This document shows, in pieces, positions 45,473 through 56,060 of a DNA stretch of 64,000 nt. Positions within the stretch are counted from its first letter, which is position 1, and each line of letters starts with the position of its first letter. The translations under genes were made by a program, and so were the position numbers. The stretch is from an uncultured Candidatus Rokubacteria bacterium (GTDB taxonomy: Bacteria > Methylomirabilota > Methylomirabilia > Rokubacteriales > CSP1-6), in assembly GCA_963789955.1 (NCBI GenBank), contig CAWBMV010000034.1, forward strand, positions 640,001-704,000, given 5' to 3'. A model generated the notes under the pieces. That model worked only from the letters and a program-made list of their open reading frames with translations, did not search any database and had not been told where the DNA came from.

Positions 45473-46993
45473 TCCGGCGGCTGCTCGACTGGGGCGGCTA
45501 TCTCGGGATCGCCGTGCTGGCCTTCGGGGCGATCCTGCCGTTCGTGCGGCCGGAATGGAATCGGTTCCGGTGGATCTTCCTCGCCGTCGGCGTCCTGCTC
45601 GTCCTGGTGTCCTTGCTCGCCCGGGTCGAGGACTATCGCGGGCTCTTCGGCCGGCGCGCGATGAAGTACGGCCTGAACACCGCCGTCGCGGTTGCGCTGG
45701 TGCTGGGCGCGACGGTCGTCGTCCAGGCGCTCTCGTTCCGCCACAGCGCGCGCTGGGATCTCACCGAGAACAAGCGTTTCAGCCTGTCGCCGCAGACCAT
45801 CCAGCTGCTCGGCGGTCTCAAGACCGACGTGAGCGCGGTCGCGTTCTTCCGCAGCGATCAACCCGGCAAGCGGGTGGCCGAGGACCTCCTGAAGCAGTAC
45901 GCCCGCTATTCGAACGGCAAGTTCACCTGGAAGAGCGCCGACCCAGACCGTGAGCCCGGGCTGGCCCGGCGCTACGGCATCGAGTCCTACGGCACGATCG
46001 TGCTCGAGACCAAGGCCAAGTCGGAGAAGGTGCTCGACGCCGAGGAAGAAAAGCTGACGAACGGTCTCGTCAAGGTCACGCGCGAGGGCAAGCGCCTCGT
46101 CTACGTGGTCCAGGGGCACGGCGAGGCCGAGCTCGGGAGCACCGAGCGGCCGGGATTCAGCGAAGCGAAGTCGGCGATGGAAAAGGCCAACTACGACGTC
46201 AAGCCGCTCGTCCTGGCGCGCGCGGGCAAGGTCCCGGACGACGCGACCGTCGTCATCCTCGCCGGGCCGAAGAACGATCTGTTCCCGCCGGAGCTCGACG
46301 CCCTCGACGCGTACCTGGGCCGGGGCGGCAAGGTGCTGGCGATGATCAATCCGTTCCAGAACGAGGGGCTCAAGAAGCACCTCGTGAAGTACGGATTCCA
46401 GCTCGACGATGACCTGGTCGTGGAGCAGAACCCGATCGGGCGCCTCTTCGGAATCGGACCGGAGGTCCCGATCATCCAGCAGTACGACTCGCATCCGATC
46501 ACGCGGGACCTCGCCGGCATCACGACCCTGTTCCCGCTGACGCGCTCGATCACCGCGCTCAAGACCCCGCCGAAGGGCGTGACCGTGCAGACGCTCGCGA
46601 AGACCAGCCCCGACAGCTGGGGCGAGACCAATCGCGCGGATCTTCAGCGCGGCGTGGCGCAGCCCGATCGCTCAGGACTTGAAGGGCCCGCTGGCGGTCG
46701 CGGCGGTCGCGACGATGGACAAGGCGCGGATGGTCGTCTACGGCACGTCCAACCTCGCCGCGAATCAGTTCCTGAACATCCAGGGCAATCGCGACTTCTT
46801 CCTCAACACCGTGAGCTGGCTCGCCGAGGAAGAAGATCAGATCTCGGTCCGTCCCAAGGACGTGAAGCAGACCCCGGTGTTCATGAGCTCGAACCAGGCG
46901 CAGGCCGTCTTCCTCCTGCCCGTCGTGATCCTGCCCGCGCTCGTCCTCGCCGGCGGGATCGTCGCCGTCGTCCGCCGCCGCGCGGCGAACTAG
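45469..46993 (+). CDS. GldG-family ABC auxiliary protein; frameshift near 46670
   Basis: WDLTENKRFSLSPQT, GHGE, LAGP, HPIT, GNRDFFLNTVSWL, C-terminal TM. Confidence 0.85.
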
Positions 46994-47005
46994 TCGGGCG
47001 GTACC

Positions 47006-48773
47006 ATGCGCTGGCAGACGACCGCAGCCCTGGCCGTCATCCTGATCGCCCTGGGCGCCTTCTACTACGTCTACGAAATCCGGCTGGGCCCTGAGCGCGA
47101 GAAGACCGAAGGGCGCAAGGGCCGCGTCTTCACGGTCGAGCCGGCCGACGTCGCGGAGGTGGAGCTCAAACGCGCCGATTCCACGGTCAAGCTCAAGCGC
47201 GCAGGACGACGGCTGGCAGATTCTCGAGCCGGTGAACGCGCGGGGCGACCGCGGCGCCGTCGACGAGACGGTGACCTCGATCGTGACGGCCCGCATGGAT
47301 CGCGAGATCGAGGCCGAGCCGAAAGCGCTCGGCGACTTCGGGCTCGACCGCCCGGCCGCCGAAGCGACGCTCAAGCTCAAGGACGGCAAGCAGATCGGTC
47401 TGGTCCTCGGCGCCAAGAGCCCGACCGGCGTGTGGGTGTACGCGCGCGAGGCGGGCAAGCCGGCGGTCTTCGTGGTCGGCGACTCGGTCCTGCGCGACAC
47501 GACGCGACCGGTCGCCGAGTTCCGCGACAAGACCGTGCTCGCGTTCGAGCAGAAGGACGTGACGGGGCTCGAGCTCGACATGCGCGACGAGAAGATCGCG
47601 CTCGAGCAGGCCGACGGCCGCTGGAAGGTGACGAAGCCGCGGCCGCTGCCGGCGGACGCCGACACGGTGCGCGACTTCCTCGACAAGCTCCGCGCGGCGC
47701 GCGTCAAGGAGTTCGCGGCCGACGCGCCCAAATCGCTGGAGCCGTTCGGCCTCGACAAGCCGGTGCGCCTCGACGTCCAGACGGGGCGCGAGAAGGACCG
47801 CGCGACGAAGACCTTGCTGATCGGGCGCGCCGACCCGGCCAAGAAGGGCGTCTACGCCATGCGGCCGGGCGAGTCGGCGGTGCTGCTGATCCCCGACGAG
47901 ACGTGGACGGCGGTGCCGAAGAACCTCGCGGTCCTGCGCGACAAGAGCGTCGTCGGATTCGATCGCGACAAGGTGACGAAGATCGAGATCGAGAGCCCGA
48001 AGGGCACGGTCACGATTGCCAAGGACGGCGACCGCTGGAAGATCACCGCGCCGCAGGCGCTGGCCGCCGATCAGGTCGAAGCCGGCGCGGTGCTCTTCAA
48101 GCTGCGCGACCTCCGGGCCCAGGCGTTCCTGACCGACGACGCCTCGGGGATCCCGCGCTATCTGGCCAAGCCCACGGTGCGGGTGAACATCACCGAGCAA
48201 GGCGCGTCGGCGCCGCGGACGGTGCTGCTGGCGCCCTCGACCGAGAAGCGCGGCGGCTCGCCCAGCGCCTACGCGGCGGTGGCGGGCCAGGGGCCGGTGG
48301 TGCTGGTCGACGGCAAGGCGCTCGAGGATCTGGGCCGATCGTCCGACGATCTGCGCGACCGCACGCTCATGTCCGGGCTCGAGCCGCGCGACATCAAGCG
48401 CATGCGCGTGCGCGCCGGCGGCCAGACCGTCGTGGTCGAGCGGAGCGGGGAGAGCGACTGGAAGCTGGTCGAGGGCGGAAGCGGCGCCGCGAAGTCCGCG
48501 ACCGTGGACAACCTGCTCTACTCGCTCCGGGCGCTGAAGTGGAAGACGATCGCGGCGCCGACCGGCGACGAGCCGGCCAAGTACGGGCTCGATGCGCCGA
48601 CCTTCGAGGTGACGCTCCTGAAAGCCGACGGCAGCGAGGCCGGCGCGCTGCTGGTCGGAAAGCGCGAGGGCGACCAGGCCTGGGTCAAGCTCAAGACCGC
48701 GCCGGCGATCTACACCGTGGACGTCAAGCAGCTCGGTGAGACGCCGAAGGTCCCGAACGACTTCAAGAGCTGA
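47006..48773 (+). CDS. DUF4340-like repeat periplasmic protein; frameshift near 47205
   Basis: N-terminal TM, repeated W...P...AD...V / FGLD.P / (L/F)RDK units; follows GldG-like gene. Confidence 0.75.
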
Positions 48774-49743
48774 TCAGTCGAGCAGGCCGAGCTCCCGGTA
48801 GCGCGGGGCGATCCGCTCCGAGATGAGCCCGAGCCGCTTCAGCCGCGGCATCAGATTCTCCTGGAACAGAAAGCTGTTGAACGACTTCGTCGTCTGGGAA
48901 TTTCGGATGGTATCGCGCCACAGCTCCTCACCGTCCCAGCCCATCTCGTTCCAGACGCTCTTCACCGACTGAAAGCCCGTCCGCTCGTCGCGCGCGTACA
49001 TGTGGTCGCACGCCCTGAAGGTGAAGTCCTCGAGGTACTCGCGCTTGGCCGGCTCCATGTTCGGGATCGACCGCCGCAGCGCGAAGTACCCGAAGTTCAC
49101 GTGACGCCCTTCGTCCTGCAGGACGTAGTCGAGCAGCTGCGCCGAGCGTCGGGTCGCCCGTCTGCTTGCGCATGAGATTGAAGGCCGCGATCGCGAGGCC
49201 CTCGACGATCATCTGCATGCCCAGGAGCTTGAGCTCCCAGAGGTTCGTGGCCAGGATCTCGTCGAGCAGCGCCTTGAGCAGCGGGTCGACCGGATAGATC
49301 TTGTGGAGCTTCTTGACGTAGCGCTCGAACACCTCGACGTGCCGGCCTTCGTCGACGACCTGGGTCGAGGCGTAGAGCTTGGCGTCGAGCTCGGGGATCG
49401 AGTTCACGAGCTGTCCGCACACCACGAGGGCGCCCTGTTCGCCGTGGAGGAACTGCGAGAGGCGCCAGGCGGAGACGCGGATCTCGACTTCCTTGCGCTC
49501 CTCGGCGGTGAGCTTGGGAAAGAAGTCGGTGCCCATGAACGCCATCTGCACGTTGAGCACGGGCCCTTCGGCGCCGACCGGGCGGTCCCAGTCGATCGCG
49601 ACCGAGCCGTTCCACTGGTTCTTCTTGGCGGTCTCGTACAGGGTCGCGAGCTCGTCGTGCGTCGGTACGTAGTCGTAGTCCCACAGGGTTTCCAGCTGGT
49701 AGGTCACCCGTCGGGCCGCGGCTGCTCCGTGTGTTGTCGTCAC
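48774..49743 (-). CDS. Ferritin-like diiron protein (AurF-like); frameshift near 49140
   Basis: SQFLHGEQGAL, DEGRHVE, MIVEGLA, QDEGRHVNFG (two ExxH). Confidence 0.8.
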
Positions 49744-49871
49744 GCGCTCACCTCGGATTGGACTCCGAATCGATCAGGGTCCGACATTCTACCCCGCCGG
49801 TGCCGTGCGCGCTCGAATCGGGACGAAGTGCCGTTGTCGCCTGGCCCATGGACCTGGAGTAGGATGGTGCC

Positions 49872-50570
49872 GTGCCCGACGACGCGATCTACCTGGAGCA
49901 GATGGAGCTGGGGCCGATGCAGAACTTCGTCTATCTCATCGGCGACCCGCAGGCCCGCGAGTGCGTCGTGGTCGACCCGGCGTGGGAGATCGACACGATC
50001 GTCGAGACCGCCCAGGCCCGCGGCATGACGATCACGGGCGCGCTCGTCACCCACACCCACCAGGACCACGTGGGGGGCAGCCTCGAGTCCTGGGGGATGC
50101 CTGGGCGCATTCCGGGGATCGAGGACCTGCTGGAGCGCGTGAAGGCGAAGGTCTACGTCCACAAGGCCGAGCGCGAGTTCCTGAAGGGCTTCGGCTCCGA
50201 CCTCGTGAAGGTCGACAATCACTCGACCCTGGCGATCGGGCGACTCACCTTGACCTTCATGCACACGCCCGGACACACGCCGGGCTCGCAGTGCTTCCTG
50301 ATCGACGGCCGGCTCGTGTCGGGCGACACGCTCTTCATCGGCTCGTGCGGCCGGACCGATCTGCCGGGCAGCGATCCGAGCGAGATGTACTATTCGCTCA
50401 CGCAGCGGCTCGGCGCGCTGCCCGAATCCACGGTGCTGCTGCCCGGGCACAACTACGGCGGCGCGTCGTCGACGATCGGCGACGAGAAGCGCGGCAATCC
50501 CTTCATGCGCTTCCCGTCGCTCGGCGACTTCCTGCGCGTGATGGGCGGCGGCCGAACCGCCGGGCCCTGA
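49872..50570 (+). CDS. MBL-fold metallo-hydrolase (glyoxalase II-like)
   Basis: THTHQDH, HTPGHTPG, GDTLF, GRTD, PGHNY. Confidence 0.9.
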   Translation: MPDDAIYLEQMELGPMQNFVYLIGDPQARECVVVDPAWEIDTIVETAQARGMTITGALVTHTHQDHVGGSLESWGMPGRIPGIEDLLERVKAKVYVHKAEREFLKGFGSDLVKVDNHSTLAIGRLTLTFMHTPGHTPGSQCFLIDGRLVSGDTLFIGSCGRTDLPGSDPSEMYYSLTQRLGALPESTVLLPGHNYGGASSTIGDEKRGNPFMRFPSLGDFLRVMGGGRTAGP

Positions 50571-50585
50571 CGCGGCGCGCCCCGC

Positions 50586-50967
50586 TCACGCGCCTTCACC
50601 GCCGTCCACTGCCAGGATCTGCCCGGTGATGTAGCGCGGGCAGGTGGCGAAGAACACGACGGCCGCCGCCAGCTCGTCGAGGCATGTGGGACGGGCGGAC
50701 CCCGCGGAGATTCAGATCGAGCAGTCGATCGTACTGCGCGAGCGATGTCGTCGCGAAGGGCGTGCACTCGAACCGCGCCGCGCGATCGGCGGCCACACGC
50801 CGCGCCGCGCGTCCCGATCGGTGATAGCCGATGGCCACGTCCATCCCCGCGCGGGCCAGCGCCAGCGCGATCGCGCGTCCGACGCGAATGGCGCCGTCCG
50901 TGACGAGCGCGCGCGGCCGTTGTCTGCCGGAACCGGTAGCGCGGGGTGCTATCCTCGAAGAGTCCAT
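50586..50967 (-). pseudogene. Internally deleted SDR (pteridine reductase-like) remnant; start uncertain
   Basis: ALVTDGAIRVGRAIALALARAGMDVAIGYHRS and, in another frame, AVVFFATCPRYITGQILAVDGG*; middle including YxxxK is missing. Confidence 0.65.
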
Positions 50968-51571
50968 GTCGAACGGTGTGCGGAACTGGCTCAAGGTCCG
51001 ATTCATCGCGGGTTTCTTCGTCACGGTTCCCGCCTTTCTCACCGCGTGGCTCCTCTGGATTTTCTGGAGCCGGATCGACGACGTGTTCGCTCCGATGTAT
51101 CAGCGGATTCTCGGGCGCGACCTCCCTGGACTCGGGTTCCTGACGGCCGTCGGCATCATTTTCATGATGGGCACGATCGCCCGGAACGTCGTCGGGCGCC
51201 GCGTGCTCGCCTGGGGCGACAAGCTTCTGCTCCGCGTGCCGATCTACCGGCGGCTCTATCCGTCGGTCAAGATGCTGATCGATTCGTTCTCGCCCGAGCG
51301 GCGGAGCGCCTTCGGCGCGGTGGTGCTGGTCGAGCATCCGCGCCAGGGCGAGTACGCGTTCGGCTTCGTCACCAGCCATGTCGTCGTCGAGACCCAGCAC
51401 GGCAAGCGTGAGATGGTGACCGTCTTCATCCCGACGAACAACCTCTATCTGGGCGACGTCGTCCTGGTTCCGCGCGACGACGTCGTGCCGACAGGTCTGC
51501 CGGTCGAGGAAGGCGTGCGCATCATCCTGTCGGCGGGCAATGCAACCCCGCGACAGCTCCCCAGAAGCTAG
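50966..51571 (+). CDS. DUF502 family membrane protein
   Basis: FIAGFFVTVP, PGLG, RVPIYRRLY..VK, VLVEHPR, VFIPT. Confidence 0.85.
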   Translation: MSNGVRNWLKVRFIAGFFVTVPAFLTAWLLWIFWSRIDDVFAPMYQRILGRDLPGLGFLTAVGIIFMMGTIARNVVGRRVLAWGDKLLLRVPIYRRLYPSVKMLIDSFSPERRSAFGAVVLVEHPRQGEYAFGFVTSHVVVETQHGKREMVTVFIPTNNLYLGDVVLVPRDDVVPTGLPVEEGVRIILSAGNATPRQLPRS

Positions 51572-52212
51572 CGCGCCCCGCGCCCCGTCGAAAGCTGCTG
51601 CGCCCACTCGGTCACCGCCTCGCCCAGCGGGAACAGCTTGCCGAAGAAGAAGTGATCGGCGCCTTCGATCGCGGCCGTCTTGATCCACGGCCGCGCTGCC
51701 GTGAACCGGGCGAACTCGTCGGGCGGACAGTACTGGTCTCGAGTGCCGGCGACCGCAAGGGTCGGAATCTTCCGGTCCTCGAGGAACCCGAAGTCGGACA
51801 TCGCCAGGGGCGGGGCGATCAACGCCATGCCGGCAATCCGACTATCTCGGCTGCCGACCAGCGCGGCGATCCTCGAGCCGAACGAATATCCGGCAATGGC
51901 GAGCGCGCTACTCCCGATCGCCTTGGCCAAGGTGTCGAGCGCGGCGATGGCGTCGTCTTGCTCGCCGACTCCACCCCCATGGGCACCGCCGGACGCGCCG
52001 ACTCCCCGGAAATTGAAGCGTAACGTGGCGAGACCGAGGCTCGAGCACACCTCCTGGACCCGCACGACGACAGGATTGTCCATGTCACCGCCGTAGAGTG
52101 GGTGAGGATGGCAGATCACGACACCAGCGGTAGGGGAGGCGGGTAGGGCCAGGAGAGCCTCGAGGCTCAAATCCCGTCCCACAGCCAGACTTACGGACTG
52201 TTCGGGTATCAT
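51568..52212 (-). CDS. Alpha/beta hydrolase (HPHP-type)
   Basis: CHPHPLYGGDMDNPVV, RFNFRGVG, GYSFG, GADHFF. Confidence 0.88.
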   Translation of the reverse strand: MIPEQSVSLAVGRDLSLEALLALPASPTAGVVICHPHPLYGGDMDNPVVVRVQEVCSSLGLATLRFNFRGVGASGGAHGGGVGEQDDAIAALDTLAKAIGSSALAIAGYSFGSRIAALVGSRDSRIAGMALIAPPLAMSDFGFLEDRKIPTLAVAGTRDQYCPPDEFARFTAARPWIKTAAIEGADHFFFGKLFPLGEAVTEWAQQLSTGRGAR

Positions 52213-52252
52213 GTGCCGCCATGAGAATACGGGTGGGGGCTTCGCGCGTCCA

Positions 52253-52771
52253 ATGATCGTGTTGACCTGCCTGCTGACCCGCCGCCGCATCGGCGCCTAT
52301 CTCGATGGAGCGCTCGAGGACGGAAGCGCCAAATCCGTCGCCACACACCTGAGCGGATGCACACGGTGTCAGGGTGAAGCCGAGAATATCCGGAGAATCC
52401 GTGCTCTCCTCCATCGCACCTTGAGCCTCGGTCAGAACCGTGCCGAGCCCGCCGACTGGTCCGGCTTCTGGCCCGGGGTCGTCCGCGGAATCGAGGACGC
52501 CAAGCATCGCGGGGCGCCGGCTCCCGTGCCAGTCCCGCGAAGCTGGTGGTGGCGACCCCGATTGACGCTCGGCGGCGCGCTCGTCGCGGCCGTCCTCGCC
52601 TCGGTCACGCTCTGGCAGTTGACGTCCGGTCCTCTCGCTCCCGAAGCTCCCATCTTCGTCAGCTCGGCCCACACCGACGATCCGCGAGGGACCGTCGTGG
52701 TGTACTCGCCGCATGAGCAGCAGGATGTGGCGGTCGTGTGGGTGTTGGGGCTCGACGACTCTTCTGACTGA
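52253..52771 (+). CDS. Putative zinc-finger (zf-HC2) membrane anti-sigma factor
   Basis: C...AYLDGAL...HLSGCTRC (HxxxCxxC), TM helix, short C-terminal domain. Confidence 0.75.
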   Translation: MIVLTCLLTRRRIGAYLDGALEDGSAKSVATHLSGCTRCQGEAENIRRIRALLHRTLSLGQNRAEPADWSGFWPGVVRGIEDAKHRGAPAPVPVPRSWWWRPRLTLGGALVAAVLASVTLWQLTSGPLAPEAPIFVSSAHTDDPRGTVVVYSPHEQQDVAVVWVLGLDDSSD

Positions 52772-52921
52772 TCGGCGCGGGGAGCGGGGGCGGGTGGGGC
52801 TGCCCGTGACCTGCGCGCCTCATGCGCTGCTAGCTTCTGCTGACACTGTGTACGTTCCGGGCAACCGTGCCTACACAGGTCACGGGCAGCCCCACCCGCC
52901 CCCGCTCCCCGCGCCGATCAG
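52768..52921. repeat. Long inverted-repeat element, copy 2 (opposite orientation to copy 1)
   Basis: Perfect 46-bp arms (52768-52813 and 52876-52921) around a 62-nt loop; GCAACCGTGCCTACACAGG at the loop/arm junction. Confidence 0.88.
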
Positions 52922-53111
52922 CCCTTTCGGGCTTAGGTCTGAAATCCAGGGAGGCTCTTGAACGTCGCGCTTCGGTTCATGCGCTTGGTGGCCGCTGCAT
53001 ATTGGTTGCGCTGCAGGTGGCGTTACTGCCAACGCCAGGGGTGGGTCGATTTAGCTCTGGGCGTGCTGGTTTGTTTCGGGAGTGGCGCGCGGGCTGCGCC
53101 GCTGGCGGGGG

Positions 53112-54048
53112 TTAGCGGGCTTTCAGGGTGGTGAGGCGTTCGCGGGCCAGGGATGTTTCTTCGGCGCGGGGGAAATTGTCGACGAGGTATTGGAGGCGGG
53201 CCTGGGCGAGCGCCGGCTGCTTCAGGTCGAGGAGCGCGAGCGCTTCCTTGTACAGAGCGGTCGGGACCTTGTCGGCGCGCGGGTAGTTGGCCTGGACCTT
53301 CTTGAATTCCTGCACGGCTTGCTCGAGTGACTCGGAGGCCTTGTCGTTCTGGCTCGCGTCGGTGAACCCGCGTGCGAGCGAGAGATAAGCCTCGCCGATC
53401 CAGTACTGGGCGCTGCCGGCGAGCTCATGATCGGGATAGCGCCGGAGGAACTCGCGGAATCCCGCGATCGCGAGCGAATAGCTTCCCTTGCTGAAGTCGA
53501 TGTACGCCGCCTGATAGATGTCCTGCGGCTGGAGCGCGCCGGTGGTCGGTCGAGGCGGCACAGCTGCGACCGCCCCCGGAGTCGATCCTGCCGATGTTCC
53601 GGCCGGTGCGCCAGAAGTAGGACCGGCGAGACGCTCCAGGCGGAGTGGCCACCGGAGGCCGAGGCGTTGTCGCGGCAGCGCCGGCCGCACCGGCTGCCGG
53701 AGCGGTCGCGCGCAGCTGCCGATTGACCGAGTCCAGCTTCGTGCTGAGCTCGTCAACGCGGCCCGACAGGCTCGTCACCGTATCATTGAGGCTGTCGATC
53801 TGGCGGTTGAGCGTCGCGACTTGCCGGTCGCGCTCGCCGGCTTGCTCGCGCACGCGCTTGTCGACTTGCGCGGAGATGGCGTCCGCGTCGACTCTGCCGC
53901 GCTGGGCCGATTGCTGGGCGGCCGCCATCTCCTGGCGGAGCTGCAGCAGATCCTGTTGGGTGGCGACGCCGGTCGCTTCCTGAACCTCGGCGCAGCCGGC
54001 CAGCGACAGGGCGAGGAGAAGCCCGAGCCCTCTCCCCGCCGACAGGAC
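53112..54048 (-). CDS. cpoB: Tol-Pal system protein CpoB/YbgF (lipoprotein, coiled coil + TPR); frameshifted, start uncertain
   Basis: LAGC lipobox, coiled coil, YQAAY, AQYWIGEAY, KVPTALYK; downstream of pal. Confidence 0.8.
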
Positions 54049-54059
54049 CTTACGCGGGC

Positions 54060-54642
54060 CTAGCGAGGCTTGACGAGGAAGTTCGCGCGGCGATTCTTCG
54101 CCCAACACGCCTCGGTCTTCTCGGTGCAAACCGGCCGCTCCTCGCCGTAGCTGATGATGGTGATGCGGTTGGCCTGGATGCCCTGGGACACGAGATAGTT
54201 CATCGTCGCTTTCGCGCGCCGCTCGCCGAGCGCCAGGTTGTACTCGTTGGTGCCGCGCTCGTCGCAGTGGCCTTCGATCAGCACGAGGTTGTCGCCGTTC
54301 GACTTCAGCCACGTTGCGTTGGCGTCGAGAGTCTTCGCGTCCTCGGGGCGGATGTCGTACTTGTCGAAATCGAAATAGACTTCTTTCAGCGCCGCGACGG
54401 CCATGAACTCCTTCGGCACGGGCCGCGGAGCCGGCGCCGGGGCCGCCGCAGCGGGAGCGGGCGGAGCCGGCGGCCGGCGAAGGCGCGCTCGGAGCCGGCG
54501 CCGGAGCCGGGCTCGGCGCGGCCGCCGGCGCCGGCGCGGCTGCCGATGCCGCCATCGTCGCGGGCCGCTTCGCGCAGCCGGTGATCATCAGCCCTGCCAG
54601 CAGCAGCGACATCAGCGTGACTTGCGCGGCGCGCGTAACCAT
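54060..54642 (-). CDS. pal: Peptidoglycan-associated lipoprotein; frameshift in Ala/Pro linker
   Basis: ITGC lipobox, VYFDFDKY, EGHCDERGTNEYNLALGERRA, SYGEERP, NRRA. Confidence 0.93.
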
Positions 54643-54695
54643 GACGCCTCCTTGAGCCTCCGCTCTAAACGCCCGTTGTTCAGCCACTGATGCTA

Positions 54696-56057
54696 TCACG
54701 GGAGGCGCGGCGACCATGAGGGACTTGTGGACTCCGCCGCGCCCGACGTGATCTGTGTCGTCGACGTGCCGTCGAGCAGCATGATGTACACCTGCCAACG
54801 ACCCGAGCGGTTCGACTGGAACGCGAGATGGCGTCCGTCGGGTGCCCACGCCGCGCCCTGATTGTCCCCTTGACCGGTCGTCAGCGGGCGCGCGTTCGTC
54901 CCGCCGGGGCTGATCGCCCAGAGGTTGTGCGTGCCCTCCCGCTGTGTGTAGACGATCGTGTCGCCTTTCGGCGACCACCGCGGCTGCGTGTGGAAGCCGC
55001 CGTTGGTCAGCTGCCGCACGTTCGAGCCGTCACGGTCCATCACGAAGATCCGCGGCTGACCGGCCCGATCGGACACGAACGCGATCTGCTGGCCGGTCGG
55101 TGACCACGACGGCTCCGTGTCGATCGAGGCGTGACGCGTGAGGCGCTGGAGCGCGCCGGTCGCGACCGTGAGGATGTAGATCTCCGGATTGCCGTCCTTC
55201 GAGAGCGTGAGCGCGAGAAATTGACCGTCGGGGCTCCAGGCCGGGGACGAGTTGATCCCGTGAAACGAGGAGAGCGTCTGGATGCCGCGTCGCGGCTCGA
55301 AGGGGAACAGGCGGAAGAGGTCGGGGTAGCCGTTCATGAACGACGTGAAGGCGATCGACCGAGCGTCCGGGCTCCACACGGGCGAGAGATTGATCGAGCC
55401 GTTGCGGGTCACCGGGCTCGTACCGACCCCGTCGTAGTCGGCGACGACGATCTCCTTCGCGCCGGACGGGCCGACGACGTACGAGATCTTCGTGTCGGCC
55501 ACGCCCTTCTCGCCGGTGAACTGCAGGACGATCTCGTCGGCGATCTTGTGGGCGAGTCGCCGGCGCCAGTCGGCGCCCGACGTCGGCGGCTGCGGCGCCG
55601 CGGCCTCGAACTTGCGCGACGCGATCAGGCGGAAATTCGGCGATGTCAGGTCGTAGAGCCGGACTTCGGCCTCGACGCGATCACCGCGGATCGTCAGGAG
55701 CCCATGGGCGCCGGCGTGAGCGCCGGCCGCCGCGAAATTGATCCAGGCTTGTTGGAGCGCCTCGGGGTTGTTCGCGGGAATGCGATCCGTTCCGGCCACG
55801 ACGCTGAACAGGCCGGAGAGCGTGAGGTCGTTGCCGGCGACCGTGGGGAGAAGCCGCGAGAGGCCCCCGGCGTCGGATCCGTTGACGATTGCGAAGTCGG
55901 GAAGCGCGATGTTGAGCTTCGTACTGCCGCCGCCGGTGACGTTGATGTAGACGTCCGGCGGGGCTTGAGCGCGCACCGGCGACGTCGGCGCCCAGAGGCC
56001 GACGGCCGTGAAGACCATGAACCCGGTGAGGAGCATGACGAGAGCGATACGTCGCAC
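54696..56057 (-). CDS. tolB: Tol-Pal beta-propeller protein TolB
   Basis: Signal peptide, AHKIADEI, repeated P.WSPDG (PD40) motifs. Confidence 0.92.
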   Translation of the reverse strand: MRRIALVMLLTGFMVFTAVGLWAPTSPVRAQAPPDVYINVTGGGSTKLNIALPDFAIVNGSDAGGLSRLLPTVAGNDLTLSGLFSVVAGTDRIPANNPEALQQAWINFAAAGAHAGAHGLLTIRGDRVEAEVRLYDLTSPNFRLIASRKFEAAAPQPPTSGADWRRRLAHKIADEIVLQFTGEKGVADTKISYVVGPSGAKEIVVADYDGVGTSPVTRNGSINLSPVWSPDARSIAFTSFMNGYPDLFRLFPFEPRRGIQTLSSFHGINSSPAWSPDGQFLALTLSKDGNPEIYILTVATGALQRLTRHASIDTEPSWSPTGQQIAFVSDRAGQPRIFVMDRDGSNVRQLTNGGFHTQPRWSPKGDTIVYTQREGTHNLWAISPGGTNARPLTTGQGDNQGAAWAPDGRHLAFQSNRSGRWQVYIMLLDGTSTTQITSGAAESTSPSWSPRLP

Positions 56058-56060
56058 CGG

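Noticed and set aside
52922..53111. Non-coding stretch as sRNA or small ORF
   Set aside because: No recognisable motif, convincing structure or credible start signal
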